A DNA stretch of 64,000 nt, taken from assembly GCA_951406725.2 (NCBI GenBank), contig OX597827.1:80104001-80168000 (forward strand), given 5' to 3'. This document shows positions 51,040-64,000 of this stretch, piece by piece. The position numbers and the translations under genes were made by a program. Each line of letters begins with the position of its first letter. Within the stretch, counting starts at the first letter, position 1. The notes under the pieces are model-generated. The model searched no databases. It was not told the origin of the DNA and saw only the letters and a list, made by a program, of their open reading frames with translations. This DNA comes from Octopus vulgaris. Lineage: Eukaryota.

Positions 51040-52010
51040 CTGTAAAATATAATGTAAAGATATGACTGATAATGAAATATTTAGTAATACTTAAATTTAC
51101 ACTTGTTTTATGATATTAACAATTTAGTTCCATATCTATGATCAGATGATACTGACAATTTTATATGTTTATCATCAGCTGAACTTCTAAAATGTGTTGC
51201 TAAGATTTCTCAGTCCTTAGACTAGAAAGAAGAACCATGTGCTCAAATATCCATTATAATTTCACAAGTTTTACATCTTTACACTGCCAAAACAACACAT
51301 ACTGTGGATGCATTTGTTTATTGAATGGTTATTAATTCCTGTTATTAAATGAGATACATGAGAAACAGACATTCACACAGAGCCAAATGAATAAGCATCT
51401 GTTTTGCAGGGAACGAGTTCTCCTTTCTTTGTTTCAACAAGAGCACTTCTTGTATTCCTAACCATTCTATGTTTGGGTATAAATATCACCAGTGCACATA
51501 ATGCCAATCAATCTACATAAATGGAAACCTTGCTTCATCTTGGATTAACTGCTTCACTTTTCATTTTAATGAATGCTATTAACAATCACACATTGGTAGT
51601 TACTACCACATCATAATATATCTTCATATCTATAATTACACAATCATCAATGATGAAAATATTGATATATTAGGCATTAGTAAAAAATGACGAACAGCCT
51701 ATGTGTTTATACTCTAGCATGAAAGACAGTGAAGATCAGAAATGGGGAAGTGTTGGAAGGGTGCTTTGTCTTCCTTTCTATAATCAAGTTTTCACTAATG
51801 ATTATTTTCTCGAAAAGCCAGACATATTTGAGTAAGGATTCATTAAATAAGATTTCTAACACTCACAACAGAACAATGGGTGAATATAGTAATAGATATA
51901 CATGACTCACACAATTCCACATAATGAATAAAATTTCTTGAAAAAGGAGGTTTATTCAAATATAGATAGAAAAGTAAGAGGATTTCTTTGTAAACACAAA
52001 TATATCTTAC

Positions 52011-54369
52011 TTTTATAGATTTTTGAAGTGTTCTGTTCATTGTCGATGTCTTCCAGTCTTCAGGATAGTAATGGCTCCTCGAATGACCATATCTCTCTGA
52101 CATCTCTCCTCGATTACCTGACATCACAGGTACACTGTTGTTACCTTGATAGATCAACTGTCTCATCTCATTGCGACATTGGTATGCCTGTTTCTCTTCT
52201 GCTGTTCTTTCAGATGAGCTATTTCTCACATTGTTACATCTCACAATACACAGGGTTATAGAAACCACAATAGCTATAGATACTATCACAGCTGCTACTA
52301 CAATGATAATCAACAATGTCGCATCTATTGTGTTATCACTTGGTAGGTGCACAGCTGTGAACATTGGTGACGTCTTGTTACTAACAGTCAGTGTCAAAGA
52401 CACACTAGTTGTTGCTGACAGAACTGGAGTACCACTGTCTTTCACAACAAACTCAAGCTCATATGATCCGGCATCATTTTGGTAAACTGTGCGAGAGTAA
52501 GATAACACACCAGTGAACGAATCCAGTTTAAATAACTGTCTCTCGTTACCTGAAATGATTTCATACCTGAGAAAAGCATTCATGTGACTGTCTATATCAG
52601 ATGCTTTCAGAACTGTGATGTCGTTCTTACTTTGCGGATGATAGTGGACATTAAGAGTGAAAGGGTCAACACTAGGAAATGTAAAATATGGAGCATTATC
52701 ATTTCTATCCAATACTTCCACTTCAACATTCACTGTGTTATTCAGAGATGGGCTTCCATTGTCTTTCACAAAAACCTCAAACTCATAGAAATCTCTGTGT
52801 TCTCTGTCTAAAGACTGGTTTGTTGAAATAAAGCCAGAGTTGATAATCTGGAATGGCAGACGATATTGCTGTTTATTTCTCAGAGAATAAGACAATTCAC
52901 CTCCCTTACCAATATCTGGGTCTGTAGCATTGATAAAGCCAATAGGGAAATTAGCTTTGTCATTCTCATAGGTAAGGAACTTGAATGTGTCTTTCGTAAA
53001 GTGTGGTTCTACATCATTCACATCCAACACTTGGATTGACAGATCTTTATCAGTTTTCAGAGCAGGTAATCCTTTATCTTCACACGACACAGTAAAGTGA
53101 TAATGTTCCTGTGTCTCTCTGTCTACTGCTTTCTTTAGAACTATTTTATATTCCTTCGATCCCATTGACTGTAGTTTGAATGTGTCATCTTTGATATGAC
53201 AGTTCACCTCTCCATTGTGTCCAACATCATTGTCAGTGACCATCACATAAGCAATGAAACTACCAACTTTGATGTCTTCCAGAATGGTAGCTGTGTTGTG
53301 ATTCTGTGTAGAAATAAAGTTCACATCAATATTTGGAGGACTGTTTTGTTGGTTGATGACATTTACCATAACCGTTGCTATGGAGCTGAGAGGAGGCATA
53401 CCTTTATCTTTAGCTTTTACATACAATTTAAATGACTCTTTTATATCCAGATTTAAAGGTTTTTCTAAGAATAATTTCCCAGAATTTTCATCTAGATGGA
53501 AGTATTCTTTCATTTTAGCATCTGTTTTCTGACTGAAATAGAAAGATATTTTACCATTCCTGCCAATATCTAAATCACTGGCAGATAATGTGATGACTGG
53601 AATATTCTTTTTATGTTTATGTTCAATAGAGACATTGTAGATACGTTGGGAAAATTCTGGTTTATTATCATTTTCATCTTCTACAGATATTTTAACATTT
53701 AAACCAGATTGTTTTGGTGGAGTTCCCCCATCTTTAGCAATGACCTCAATATCATAATTGTCCTTCTTTTCTCTGTCTAATTTATCTTCTAAAATAATTT
53801 CTAATGTTGATAATCCATCATCTTCTTTGGAAACACTTAATGAAAAATGTCCATTATCTTTTTTTAATTCATAAGTAATTAAGCTGTTTTCATGACTCAT
53901 ATCCTTGTCTATAGCATGAGGTATGGGTTTCTTCATACCATCTCTGTCTCCTTCCCTAAAACTTAGAGTAATTTCTTTCTGAGGAAACTCAGGTTGGTGG
54001 TCATTGATGTCTTCTATTATGACTTTAATCTTTAAGATCTTCATAAATGTCTTGGATTTGTGAACTGCAACTTTAACGATTTCAAAACATTCTTTCTCAT
54101 AACTACACACAGACTCAGCATCCAATGTCTCAACAGTGTACAGTTTACCTGTTCTCGTCACATTGAACAACTGTTCTCCCTTTTGTTTGCAGTTGACTAA
54201 ATGTAATTAAATCCTTATTCTTTAAGAAGGAGCTGTCTGATTTCTGTAAGTCAGTAGCAATGTCCCCTACATAGGTATAGGGAATATTCTCTTCTTCAAC
54301 ATGGTATGTGATATCTTCACTTAAATAACAGTGGAAGAAAGTCAGTAAAATGCACAGATACAACAACAT
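52011..54369 (-). pseudogene. Protocadherin Pcdh6 large exon E2 with +1 frameshift in EC1 (pseudogene or assembly error)
   Basis: ttttgtttgc at 54181-54190 versus ttttgttgc in the six other copies; the rest of the exon, donor AAA|gtaaga and acceptor (exon start 54425) are intact. Confidence 0.75.
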
Positions 54370-57019
54370 CTCTGGTCTTGACGTTAATGCAATATCCAAG
54401 GAAATGTTGATTTCAAATTTTTCATCTGGAAAATAAATAAATAGCCTTTAAGTAATAAAAAATAAGTTGTAATTTTATTTGAAGTGGCTTTTAAATAACC
54501 AGATTTATGTTAATGTGAAAGGATGCCATTTCTATGAATAAAGAAGATTCTTTTATTGTGAAATATAAGTAGCAATGAAGAGGAGACAGAGATTAGATTT
54601 TATTTGTTGATTCCACCTTTAAAATACTCTTTGAGAACCTTAATTTCCCTGAGTACCACTTAGTTCCCTCTCTTTTTACTTCCAAAGAATATCTTCATAT
54701 TCTAATGAGTACAGATATAAAATCAAAAAATTACATCTCATAACTCCTTACAAATCTTTTTATTGATACTTTACTGATATAATATAATCCTCATAACTCA
54801 ACATTTCAGGTGTCTATTCATATTCTCATCTTAATGATTAATTAGTTCCTTCTTTATAGTTACTTTCTATAGAGAAAAATAAACAAACACTCATGATATG
54901 ATACTATCAAGGCAGTATTAGGATTTCTACATTTACAGCATTACGAGTTAGTGCTATACTACTCTACAGAATAAATCTATAGGATTCGGTCATCACAAAC
55001 GTCAATATTGTATTGCAATAGAAGACAGCCAATGCACCAGTAATTATGAGTTAGCTCCCTTGCAGATCACTAAACAAACCTGTTAGAAAACGATATAATT
55101 TCCTATTTAAAAAAAAATTCGTTAATAATGTATAAAATAGGAAATATTGCAAAAATAACCTTAATTCGATAACTTTGAGATTACTTTGATGTTATAAACG
55201 ACATAAATACTGGGAAAATTATATTTATACCTCTATGGCCCTCTTTAAATACTTGTAAATTATCACAGCTATAAGAACAATGTTAGAGAAACGATCCCAA
55301 TATAATGTACCATCAACAGCAGGAAAAGGTAAATATTATAACAAGAAGACATTTTTACGACAACTCTACAGAAACAAAAGAGGAAACTGAAAATAGAATA
55401 TCCATCGCAAAATGAGAATGAAACTACATCTTTTGATATCAGATTGGTTTTGAGTGAGCAGACATTCCAGAAGTGGCTATCCCAACTTTTCTTCAAAAGT
55501 AACATATCGTGGACTCTGCCATGTAATGTCTTCTTTCTTTTTTAGGATGGTAGGCTGTGATTTGAGTGAGATTTGGCTGCTATTTCAAGAAAGTGGAGAA
55601 ACCAACACTAGTTCTCTCACTGACCATTAATGATGTAGGTCACAATCACAATTTCAACAAAACGACATGACATCTAATACCATTTAATTAATATCTACCA
55701 ACTTATTCGTTAACATAACATCCCATATTTAGTCAAAAGTAGTTTAATCTTTGCCCAGTTGCTCTGTCTGGATGTCAACTTTATCCAAACCAGTCTATAA
55801 AAATATTTCAAATCATTTATCCATTTGTATAATTAAACAATATTCAATTTATCCATCAGTAGGCAGGTTTACAAGAGATTTATATAAGGTCATTAACAGA
55901 ATTCTGTTTTTGTCTTTTGTTGTGTCCACCAAATGGTGGGGACTGGGTGTGGTGTGAACGCTTATGTTTCTTGGACCCTTTCAAAAATTCAATTGTGTGT
56001 GTGAGAAAAAGATGGGGGGGGGGGAGATAGAAAAGGAGAGAAGGGATATCAACTCCTGTAAATAAGGAGTAGCTTATGAAGCCCAAAGGGATGTAAAGTA
56101 AATTTGGTTTCTGTGCGATTTGAACTCAGAACCCAGAAGACTTCAGACCATACCAATTCCCTATTGTGACTCTATGAGAGACAATATTACCTAACGATAT
56201 ATTTGAGAAGAGCAATGAAATACAACACAGAAACAATAAAGACAGTTTAACCAACAAATAATCGTTTTTATAAATAAAGTAAAATATCCATAGAAGAAAC
56301 TGAGCTAGAAATTATAAAACTGTTACATTTTAATGGTTGAAATATACAAAATAATTCTAATTAGCAAATGTGATTCAAGTGTTCAGAAATGATCTAGTCA
56401 TGATAGGTAGTATTTAAAATTTGTATAAAGACAAAGCATAAAGATGAAGGAAAACAGGAGAAGCAGCAATTATATATTGTACATATACATACATAGAAAC
56501 GCAGCCAAATACATTGATTATATATAGACACATACACTCACACAATAGCATATATACCTAGGTTCATACATATTTTAACCTTCTTTTAGTATTATTTATA
56601 TTTCCAATAATGTGTTTATATTTTACACGGTATCAAATTATTTCCATAAAGCATTTATAAATGTAAATATTCAACAAGAAAAATATTCTAGTGAAAGGCA
56701 GAGGCACGTCAACTGGAATATAATGGTTTAGCAAAGAAATGAAAGTTGCAGTGAATTTATAAAGATCCGACAAAGATGTGTGAAAAAAACATCACATCAA
56801 AATGATTACAAATCATATTCCTGAACAATTCCTGCTTCCCTACAATTATCAACAAAATATTTGAAAGCCACAATAGAAAAGGAAGTCATTAAAAAAGGCA
56901 TAATACAAATCAAATATGGCCACCATTAAATTACTCCAGTCTGATGTTCCAATATGCCTATGTACAGGAAACTGTTACTTTACATGACTAAATAAATAAT
57001 ATAGAATAAACAAACTTAC

Positions 57020-57511
57020 CTTCATTGTGTAAAATCCTTTGTTGTATAAACTGTGACTTGGTCCCAATGTTCTGTTGTTAATGGTTGTCTGTGTCACTGC
57101 TGCTATGGTGTGACAATGGCTTCATGTTGATGGAATAGTGTTGGTGGTGAGTCAATGGGAACCAGCAGTTCCCTCTCAGTCTTCCTTTGTGGATGTGTGA
57201 TGTTTAGTGTGTGTGTGTGTGTGTGAGTGTGTGAGAAAGGGAGGAGGAGGAGTAGGATGGGTGATGCTTACTACAGCCTCTCTCAGACTAGATGTTGCCT
57301 CTCACACACAAAGACAGAGTAGTGAGAGAACACAAACTATCAGCTCCACTAACAGTCAGCCATGATAAGTCTATATAACACCAACATGTCTGATGTGGAG
57401 AGAGACTGACATAGAAATCCTTAGAACAGAGAGGTTATATTAACAAAATATGGCTGATGTTGTTAATGTGTGTGTAATTTAAAATGTAAATACGATATTC
57501 ACAATAATAGT
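57020..57511 (-). promoter_or_regulatory. Conserved leader exon E1 / putative promoter block of Pcdh6
   Basis: Core near-identical to the other five although both flanks are diverged; donor AAG|gtaagt at 57020. Confidence 0.7.
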
Positions 57512-57939
57512 CTCCTATTACATACTTATTAACGTATTTGGAAAATTTAATGATACGTAAACTATATAAAATATTTTCTAAAATGTAACATAATTATTTT
57601 AGGTCATGAAATTAAGAGATTTATTGTATATTGTGATGAAAACTTTAGAATATGAATTACATTTCACCAGAGTAAAAAACTATCTATAATTTCTTACAAT
57701 ATTTACCTTAACGTTGTCTTATATGACTGCACATTGCTTATTCATGCCTAATGCTGTTATGTAGGTCTTCATTTCTAGAGATGTTCAAACATAAAATATA
57801 CTGTGTGGAACACATAGGAATATTCCCAGTCATATGTGGGGAAATATTGTTAATTAACTAAAATATTTGTGTTGTTTTTAAATGTTGTGTGAATGTTGAA
57901 GGTGATATTATTTCTGTTGTGTTCCTTTCTCAGTCTCAC

Positions 57940-58061
57940 TTAACTGACAACAACATCTGGTGTTGAAGGTAACTGTCTCTCTGGAGGTTTCACATATCTG
58001 TCTTGGTAATGGTCTCTCTCACTGGTGCTTGATACATCGGGTGGGGCACCACCATAGATTC
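57940..58061 (-). CDS. Pcdh7 terminal exon E4
   Basis: Acceptor gtttcag|GA, 122 coding nt ending in TAA. Confidence 0.85.
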
Positions 58062-59119
58062 CTGAAACACGTATACACACATATATATATATCAAATAAA
58101 CTTACTACATAGTTCATGGAGACAATAAGTATTGACTCACTGACATTAGAAATCAATCATTTTATGTGTAGTCAGTGATCTATAAAAATAACAACCACAA
58201 AAGAATGATATCTGACAACAAAATTAGACCCTCAAGCATTTCAATGAACAACTGACGAGATGTCAGCAATGTAAGCTATGCTTTAACTTGTGGGGAAAAG
58301 GGTTTGTGGGTATATTTTTAACTTATCGCTATAATAATTATAATTGACTGAATTCAATTCAATTGGCACAAATGTCGTTACAGGCAAAATAATCCCATTT
58401 CAACTTAGAGAAGTGTTGATGTTAATAATAGATGCTATATAGACTGAAAAGAGGAGAGCATCCACAAATAACATCTTCTAAGGGTTTAAAATGGAACAGT
58501 CAGATAAGACAAGTGCAAAGCAAATCTATTATGAACACAAAAAATTATAACCTAAAAATGTGTGTGTGTGATAAACAAAGTAGCTAAATATGTCTTCAGG
58601 GTGTGTACATATTTATGTAGACCCTTATGAAATGATATGTACATTTGTGTATCTATTGAGAGGTCTTTGCGTACGTGTGGGGGGGGTGCAGCCAGGTAAC
58701 TAACATATTGCATGTCAAATATATTATAATATATTGTTACTTCAAGTTTCATTTGTCATTCAAAAACTAAGTAATCTTCAAATGGTCTCTCATAATGCAT
58801 TAGAAGCTAGTAGAACCAAACATAGATCTTATATATATTCTGAAAACTTCATCATCTATTACTAAGAAAAGATACCTGAATAACATCTGGTCCACACACT
58901 CCTTTTTATTAAATGTCATAATTAATATATGGCTAAAATCTAGTCCTAATTGCTCTACATTTATCAACCATTACTTCTGATGTGGAGAATCTCATAGCAT
59001 GTAAACCAACGAAATTACCAATGCTAAATTCAAATGCAGAAACAAATTCATGCCTCCTCAATCCTGTAATGCTGAAATGAGCCCATACAGAACAGATGTC
59101 ACCTCTACCGAACCAAACT

Positions 59120-59270
59120 TAAATCATCATCATTAAGCAACATCTGTGTTCCATGCTGGCATGGGTTGGACAGTTTGACAACAGCTGGCAAGTCAGAAGG
59201 CTGAGCTTGCTTTGGTTTCTATAGCTGGATGCCCTTCCTAATGCCAACCACTTTTCAAAGTGTACTGGGT
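59120..59270 (-). mobile_element. Degenerate RTE-type 3' tail fragment
   Basis: catcatcatt...ttccatgctggcatgggttgga...gctggatgcccttcctaatgccaaccac as in 7751-8047. Confidence 0.6.
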
Positions 59271-60843
59271 ACTTAGCAAAGTGAGTACTTTTCGAACTGG
59301 GTACTTAATGAGGTCACCAAGACAAGACCACTCAATAGGGGTGGGGTATAGTACTGAGGGAGGTGTCTTGAGGTAAAGGAAATACATAGTTACCCCAGCT
59401 GAAGGAAGTGAGGAGTAAGGGAGAAGAGAGAGAAGATGGTGAAAACGTGAATGGCAGATATGTGTAAAGTAGAAGATAAATTTAAAGTTTATTTTAATCA
59501 TACATCTTTCAGACACAGGAAAGGGGAAAATCACATCACAACCTAATTAAAAGGTCCATCACTTAATTATCACACAATCTTCATTTTATAAAACTTCCTA
59601 AATAAAAATAAGTTATTTTTCTACTTAACAGTACAAATAACTAATTATCTCAAAATCCCATTTATTTTACTCATTAATTAACCTACCGAAATTCACTGCA
59701 CTCTCCACACAATGGTCTATGTTTCCTTATAAATTTCTTCCTATGCAAAGGTAGAATCTGCCTTCCCAGCAGGAATCTCTGGTTGGGTGATGCAATATAA
59801 TAATATTGCAGGCTTTGCTTAACACCAAAGAGAATAGGCATGTTTATAACAAGTGTGGGTGTAGAGCGCCATCAGGGCTTGTCTGAGGAAATAGCAGTGA
59901 GAAGAATGAGACAGGCTAGTCCCTGCCAGAGACTTCAGGAACTCCCAGACAACCAGCTATGGGAAACAACACAAGAGCTCCAAAGGAAAGATGTCCCACA
60001 GCAACACACACAGATGCGCTATAAGAAATACATAGATGTGGCAACTACAGAAAAGCTAGCAAGATGCTGAACTGTAATCACAACAAAACAAATCTCATAA
60101 CATAGAAAATCAAGCAAATTAATCTAAATTGATTGCACATTGAGAAAGACAAAAGCTGTAATGAGCAAATATGAAGCAAAAGTCACTTCCATCAAACTAA
60201 GTCTTAATACCATGTACAAAGTCTACAGTACGTTCAATTATATGTCTTTCTTCAGACATTTAGAAGAGAAGAATACAATATTATATAAAAACACATCTGG
60301 AATGTGAAAAAACATGCAGCTTATTTCGATATCAAATAGAAAAAATCTGAATGTTGCAGGCCATACAGAAACTGGCAAAAAGATGCAGGTTTATGCACAG
60401 GTGAGAAGAGCCTTATGCTGGGGGGGGGAAATGTAAGATCAGATTCTTTACTACAATCTTTCAACTTGATGAGGTCATGTTGGATGGAGACCACCGCTGC
60501 CGTTGAGCCACCAACATCACCAGATGAAATGGCCCATCATGTAATTATTCCATGTACTTTATTACAAATTGTAATAAAGCCAAGTTTATAACAATATGAA
60601 TATATGTAGTTGAGCACGTGATGAAACACTGAGCCCAAAACAAATGGACAACTGTGTGTTGTCCACAAACATTAAAGGTCATCTTAAAGAGATAATCCTT
60701 ACTAATTCATGTAAATGTTAGCCATGTTCTGGACTGAATATATAAAAAAATTGATGTCATCAAAATCCTGTGCTTTATTTAGGGTTCACTCCATTGTGTA
60801 CCACTGGTAATAATAAAAAAATAAATGAATGAGATTGTTTTAC

Positions 60844-60997
60844 CTGACATTGCTGGTATTTCTTCATACTGTCTACTTGACCGCTCACTCCAGCACTGCC
60901 CACTGCTCTTACGACTGGTCAATGTGTCAGTGGGATAGTGAGAAGACGGTCTGTTGTCTCCATAAGATGTCACCTCAATGGGTTGACTGTATTTCTG
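60844..60997 (-). CDS. Pcdh7 exon E3 (154 nt)
   Basis: Acceptor gtcaccag|cag, donor CAG|gtaaaa; exon near-identical to the others, flanks diverged. Confidence 0.85.
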
Positions 60998-61631
60998 CTG
61001 GTGACAAAACAGAACATTATATAAGCATAAATGCATTGTCACCTGCCAGGAATAGTTTACATCATCTCCGATGGGAATCTAAAAATGTTATATAATATGA
61101 ACAGTCAGAATCAAATGTTGATTAGATCTGGGATAAACAACCACAAGATATGATACCTTCATCAACAAAACTTAACTTTATAAATAACACACGTGGTTAA
61201 CCAGGTACATTTTAGAGATTGTAATAGTTTGACACATAGTCAACATGCTTGAAGCATAAAACACTGGACTCTGTTTTAGGACCAACACATTATCCATTAT
61301 TTAAGACTAAACAGAAAAGACAACAAAGGGAAATTTGAATAAACTAAAATCATTCATGTGTACAAACAGTTTGAAAGTGGAATACATTGGTTTGCAATGA
61401 GAATCAGAATACGTAGAACCTCCCAACACAGGCTATAACTACATCACTCAGAACTTAGAGCTTATTTCATCATACACAGATGATGTAATTCACTATAAAG
61501 TAAGGGAATTTCTAAATTAACTGAAAGAATAAAAGATTAGCAATGCATAGAAATCTGCTTGTAATTCAGAGTTACAATTTACTTCAGGTAATGTCAAAAT
61601 ATTAAGAAATTACAGAATCTTTAATACTTAC

Positions 61632-63989
61632 CTTTGTGGACTTTTGAAGTGATCTGCTCATTGTCGATGTCTTCCAGTCTTCAGGATAGTAATGGCTCCT
61701 CGAATGACCATATCTCTCTGACATCTCTCCTCGATTACCTGACATCACAGGTACACTGTTGTTACCTTGATAGATCAACTGTCTCATCTCATTGCGACAT
61801 TGGTATGCCTGTTTCTCTTCTGCTGTTCTTTCAGATGAGCTATTTCTCACATTGTTACATCTCACAATACACAGGGTTATAGAAACCACAATAGCTATAG
61901 ATACTATCACAGCTGCTACTACAATGATAATCAACAATGTCGCATCTATTGTGTTATCACTTGGTAGGTGCACAGCTGTGAACATTGGTGACGTCTTGTT
62001 ACTAACAGTCAGTGTCAAAGACACACTAGTTGTTGCTGACAGAACTGGAGTACCACTGTCTTTCACAACAAACTCAAGCTCATATGATCCGGCATCATTT
62101 TGGTAAACTGTGCGTGAGTAAGATAACACACCAGTGAAAGAGTCCAGTTTAAATAACTGTCTCTCGTTACCTGAAACGATTTCATACCTGAGAAAAGCAT
62201 TCATGTGACTGTCTATATCAGATGCTTTCAGAACTGTGATGTCGTTCTTACTTTGCGGATGATAGTGGACATTAAGAGTGAAATGGTCAACACTAGGAAA
62301 TGTAAAATATGGAGCATTATCATTTCTATCCAATACTTCCACTTCAACATTCACTGTGTTATTCAGAGATGGGCTTCCATTGTCTTTCACAAAAACCTCA
62401 AACTCATAGAAATCTCTGTGTTCTCTGTCTAAAGACTGGTTTGTTGAAATAAAGCCAGAGTTGATAATCTGGAATGGCAGACGATATTGCTGTTTATTTC
62501 TCAGAGAATAAGACAATTCACCTCCCTTACCAATATCTGGGTCTGTAGCATTGATAAAGCCAATAGGGAAATTAGCTTTGTCATTCTCATAGGTAAGGAA
62601 CTTGAATGTGTCTTTCGTAAAGTGTGGCTCTACATCATTCACATCCAACACTTGGATTGACAGATCTTTATCAGTTTTCAGAGCAGGTAATCCTTTATCT
62701 TCACACGACACAGTAAAGTGATAATGTTCCTGTGTCTCTCTGTCTACTGCTTTCTTTAGAACTATTTTATATTCCTTCGATCCCATTGACTGTAGTTTGA
62801 ATGTGTCATCTTTGATATGACAGTTCACCTCTCCATTGTGTCCAACATCATTGTCAGTGACCATCACATAAGCAATGAAACTACCAACTTTGATGTCTTC
62901 CAGAATGGTGGCTGTGTTGTGATTCTGTGCAGAAATAAAGTTCACATCAATATTAGGGGGATTATTGTGTTGGTTGATGACATTTACCATAACAGTAGCT
63001 ACAGAACTTAGTGGGGGACTGCCTTCATCCCTTGCTTCAATGTATAATTTATATGATTCTTCCTTACCAATTTGTAATTGTTTAGCTAAATACAACATAC
63101 CAGTGTTTTCCTTTAATACAAAATTATTCCTAATTTTATCAGGAGTTTTTCTACTAAAATAATATGATATTTTACCATTCCTGCCAATATCTAAATCACT
63201 GGCAGATAATGTGACTACTGGAATATTCTTTTTATGTTTATGTTCAATGGAGACATTGTAGACATGTTGGGAAAATTCTGGTTTATTATCATTTTCATCT
63301 TCCACAGATATTTTCACATTTAAAACAGATTGTTTTGGTGGAGTTCCTCCATCTTTAGCAATGACCTCAATATTGTAGTTGTCTTTCTTTTCTCTGTCTA
63401 ATTTACCCTCTAATATAATTTCTAATGATGATAAACCATCAGCTTCTTTGGAGACTGATAAGGAAAAATATTTATCATCATTTCTTAGTTCATATGTAAT
63501 TAAGCTGTTCTGGTATCCAATATCTTTGTCAATAGCACCCGGTATAGTTTTCTTCATTCCATCACGGTCTCCTTCGCCAAAGATTACTGTTATTTCTTTC
63601 TGAGGAAACTCAGGTTGGTGGTCATTGATGTCTTCTATTATGACTTTAATCTTTAAGATCTTCATAAATGTCTTGGATTTGTGAACAGCAACTTTAACGA
63701 TTTCAAAACATTCTTTCTCATAACTACACACAGACTCAGCATCCAATGTCTCAACAGTGTACAGTTTACCTGTTCTCGTCACATTGAACAACTGTTCTCC
63801 CTTTTGTTGCAGTTGACTAAATGTAATTAAATCCTTATTCTTTAAGAAGGAGCTGTCTGATTTCTGTAAGTCAGTAGCAATGTCCCCTACATAGGTATAG
63901 GGACTATTCTCTTCTTTAACATGGAATGTGATATCTTCACTTAGATAACAATGGAAGAAAGTCAGCAAAACACACAGGTGTAACAACAT
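61632..63989 (-). CDS. Protocadherin Pcdh7 large exon E2 (786 codons)
   Basis: Six cadherin repeats plus TM; donor AAG|gtaagt; acceptor and leader exon lie beyond the window end. Confidence 0.95.
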
Positions 63990-64000
63990 CTCTGCTTTTG

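Noticed and set aside
1-64000. CRISPR array or prokaryotic operon
   Set aside because: Spliced eukaryotic genes; repeats are kb-scale gene duplications, with no short repeat-spacer structure

Overview
AT-rich eukaryotic DNA holding a head-to-tail tandem array of seven protocadherin genes on the minus strand, about 9-10 kb apart (called Pcdh1-7 left to right). The gene type and repeat families suggest a cephalopod, probably Octopus (inference). Splice signals give each unit four exons. E1 is a non-coding leader inside a ~490-bp near-identical promoter-like block. E2 is a large exon with 786 codons (signal peptide, six cadherin repeats, TM, proximal tail). E3 is 154 nt, and E4 has 122 coding nt, giving a predicted ~877-aa protein. 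EC1, EC4-EC6, TM, tail exons and leader block are almost identical among copies, including synonymous sites. EC2-EC3 are diversified in a patchwork way, and the introns of Pcdh6/7 are largely unalignable. This looks like a gene-conversion-maintained 'variable EC2-3 / constant rest' recognition array, convergent with vertebrate clustered protocadherins. Other observations: a conserved spliced 15-codon uORF, Src-type SH2 (YEEI) and SH3 (RQLPSTP) motifs in the tail, a non-canonical EC3-EC4 Ca2+ linker, and a +1 frameshift in Pcdh6. Introns carry Helitron helicase remnants, CR1- and RTE-type LINE fragments, tRNA-SINEs, MITEs and a fold-back element. All comparisons were made by eye.
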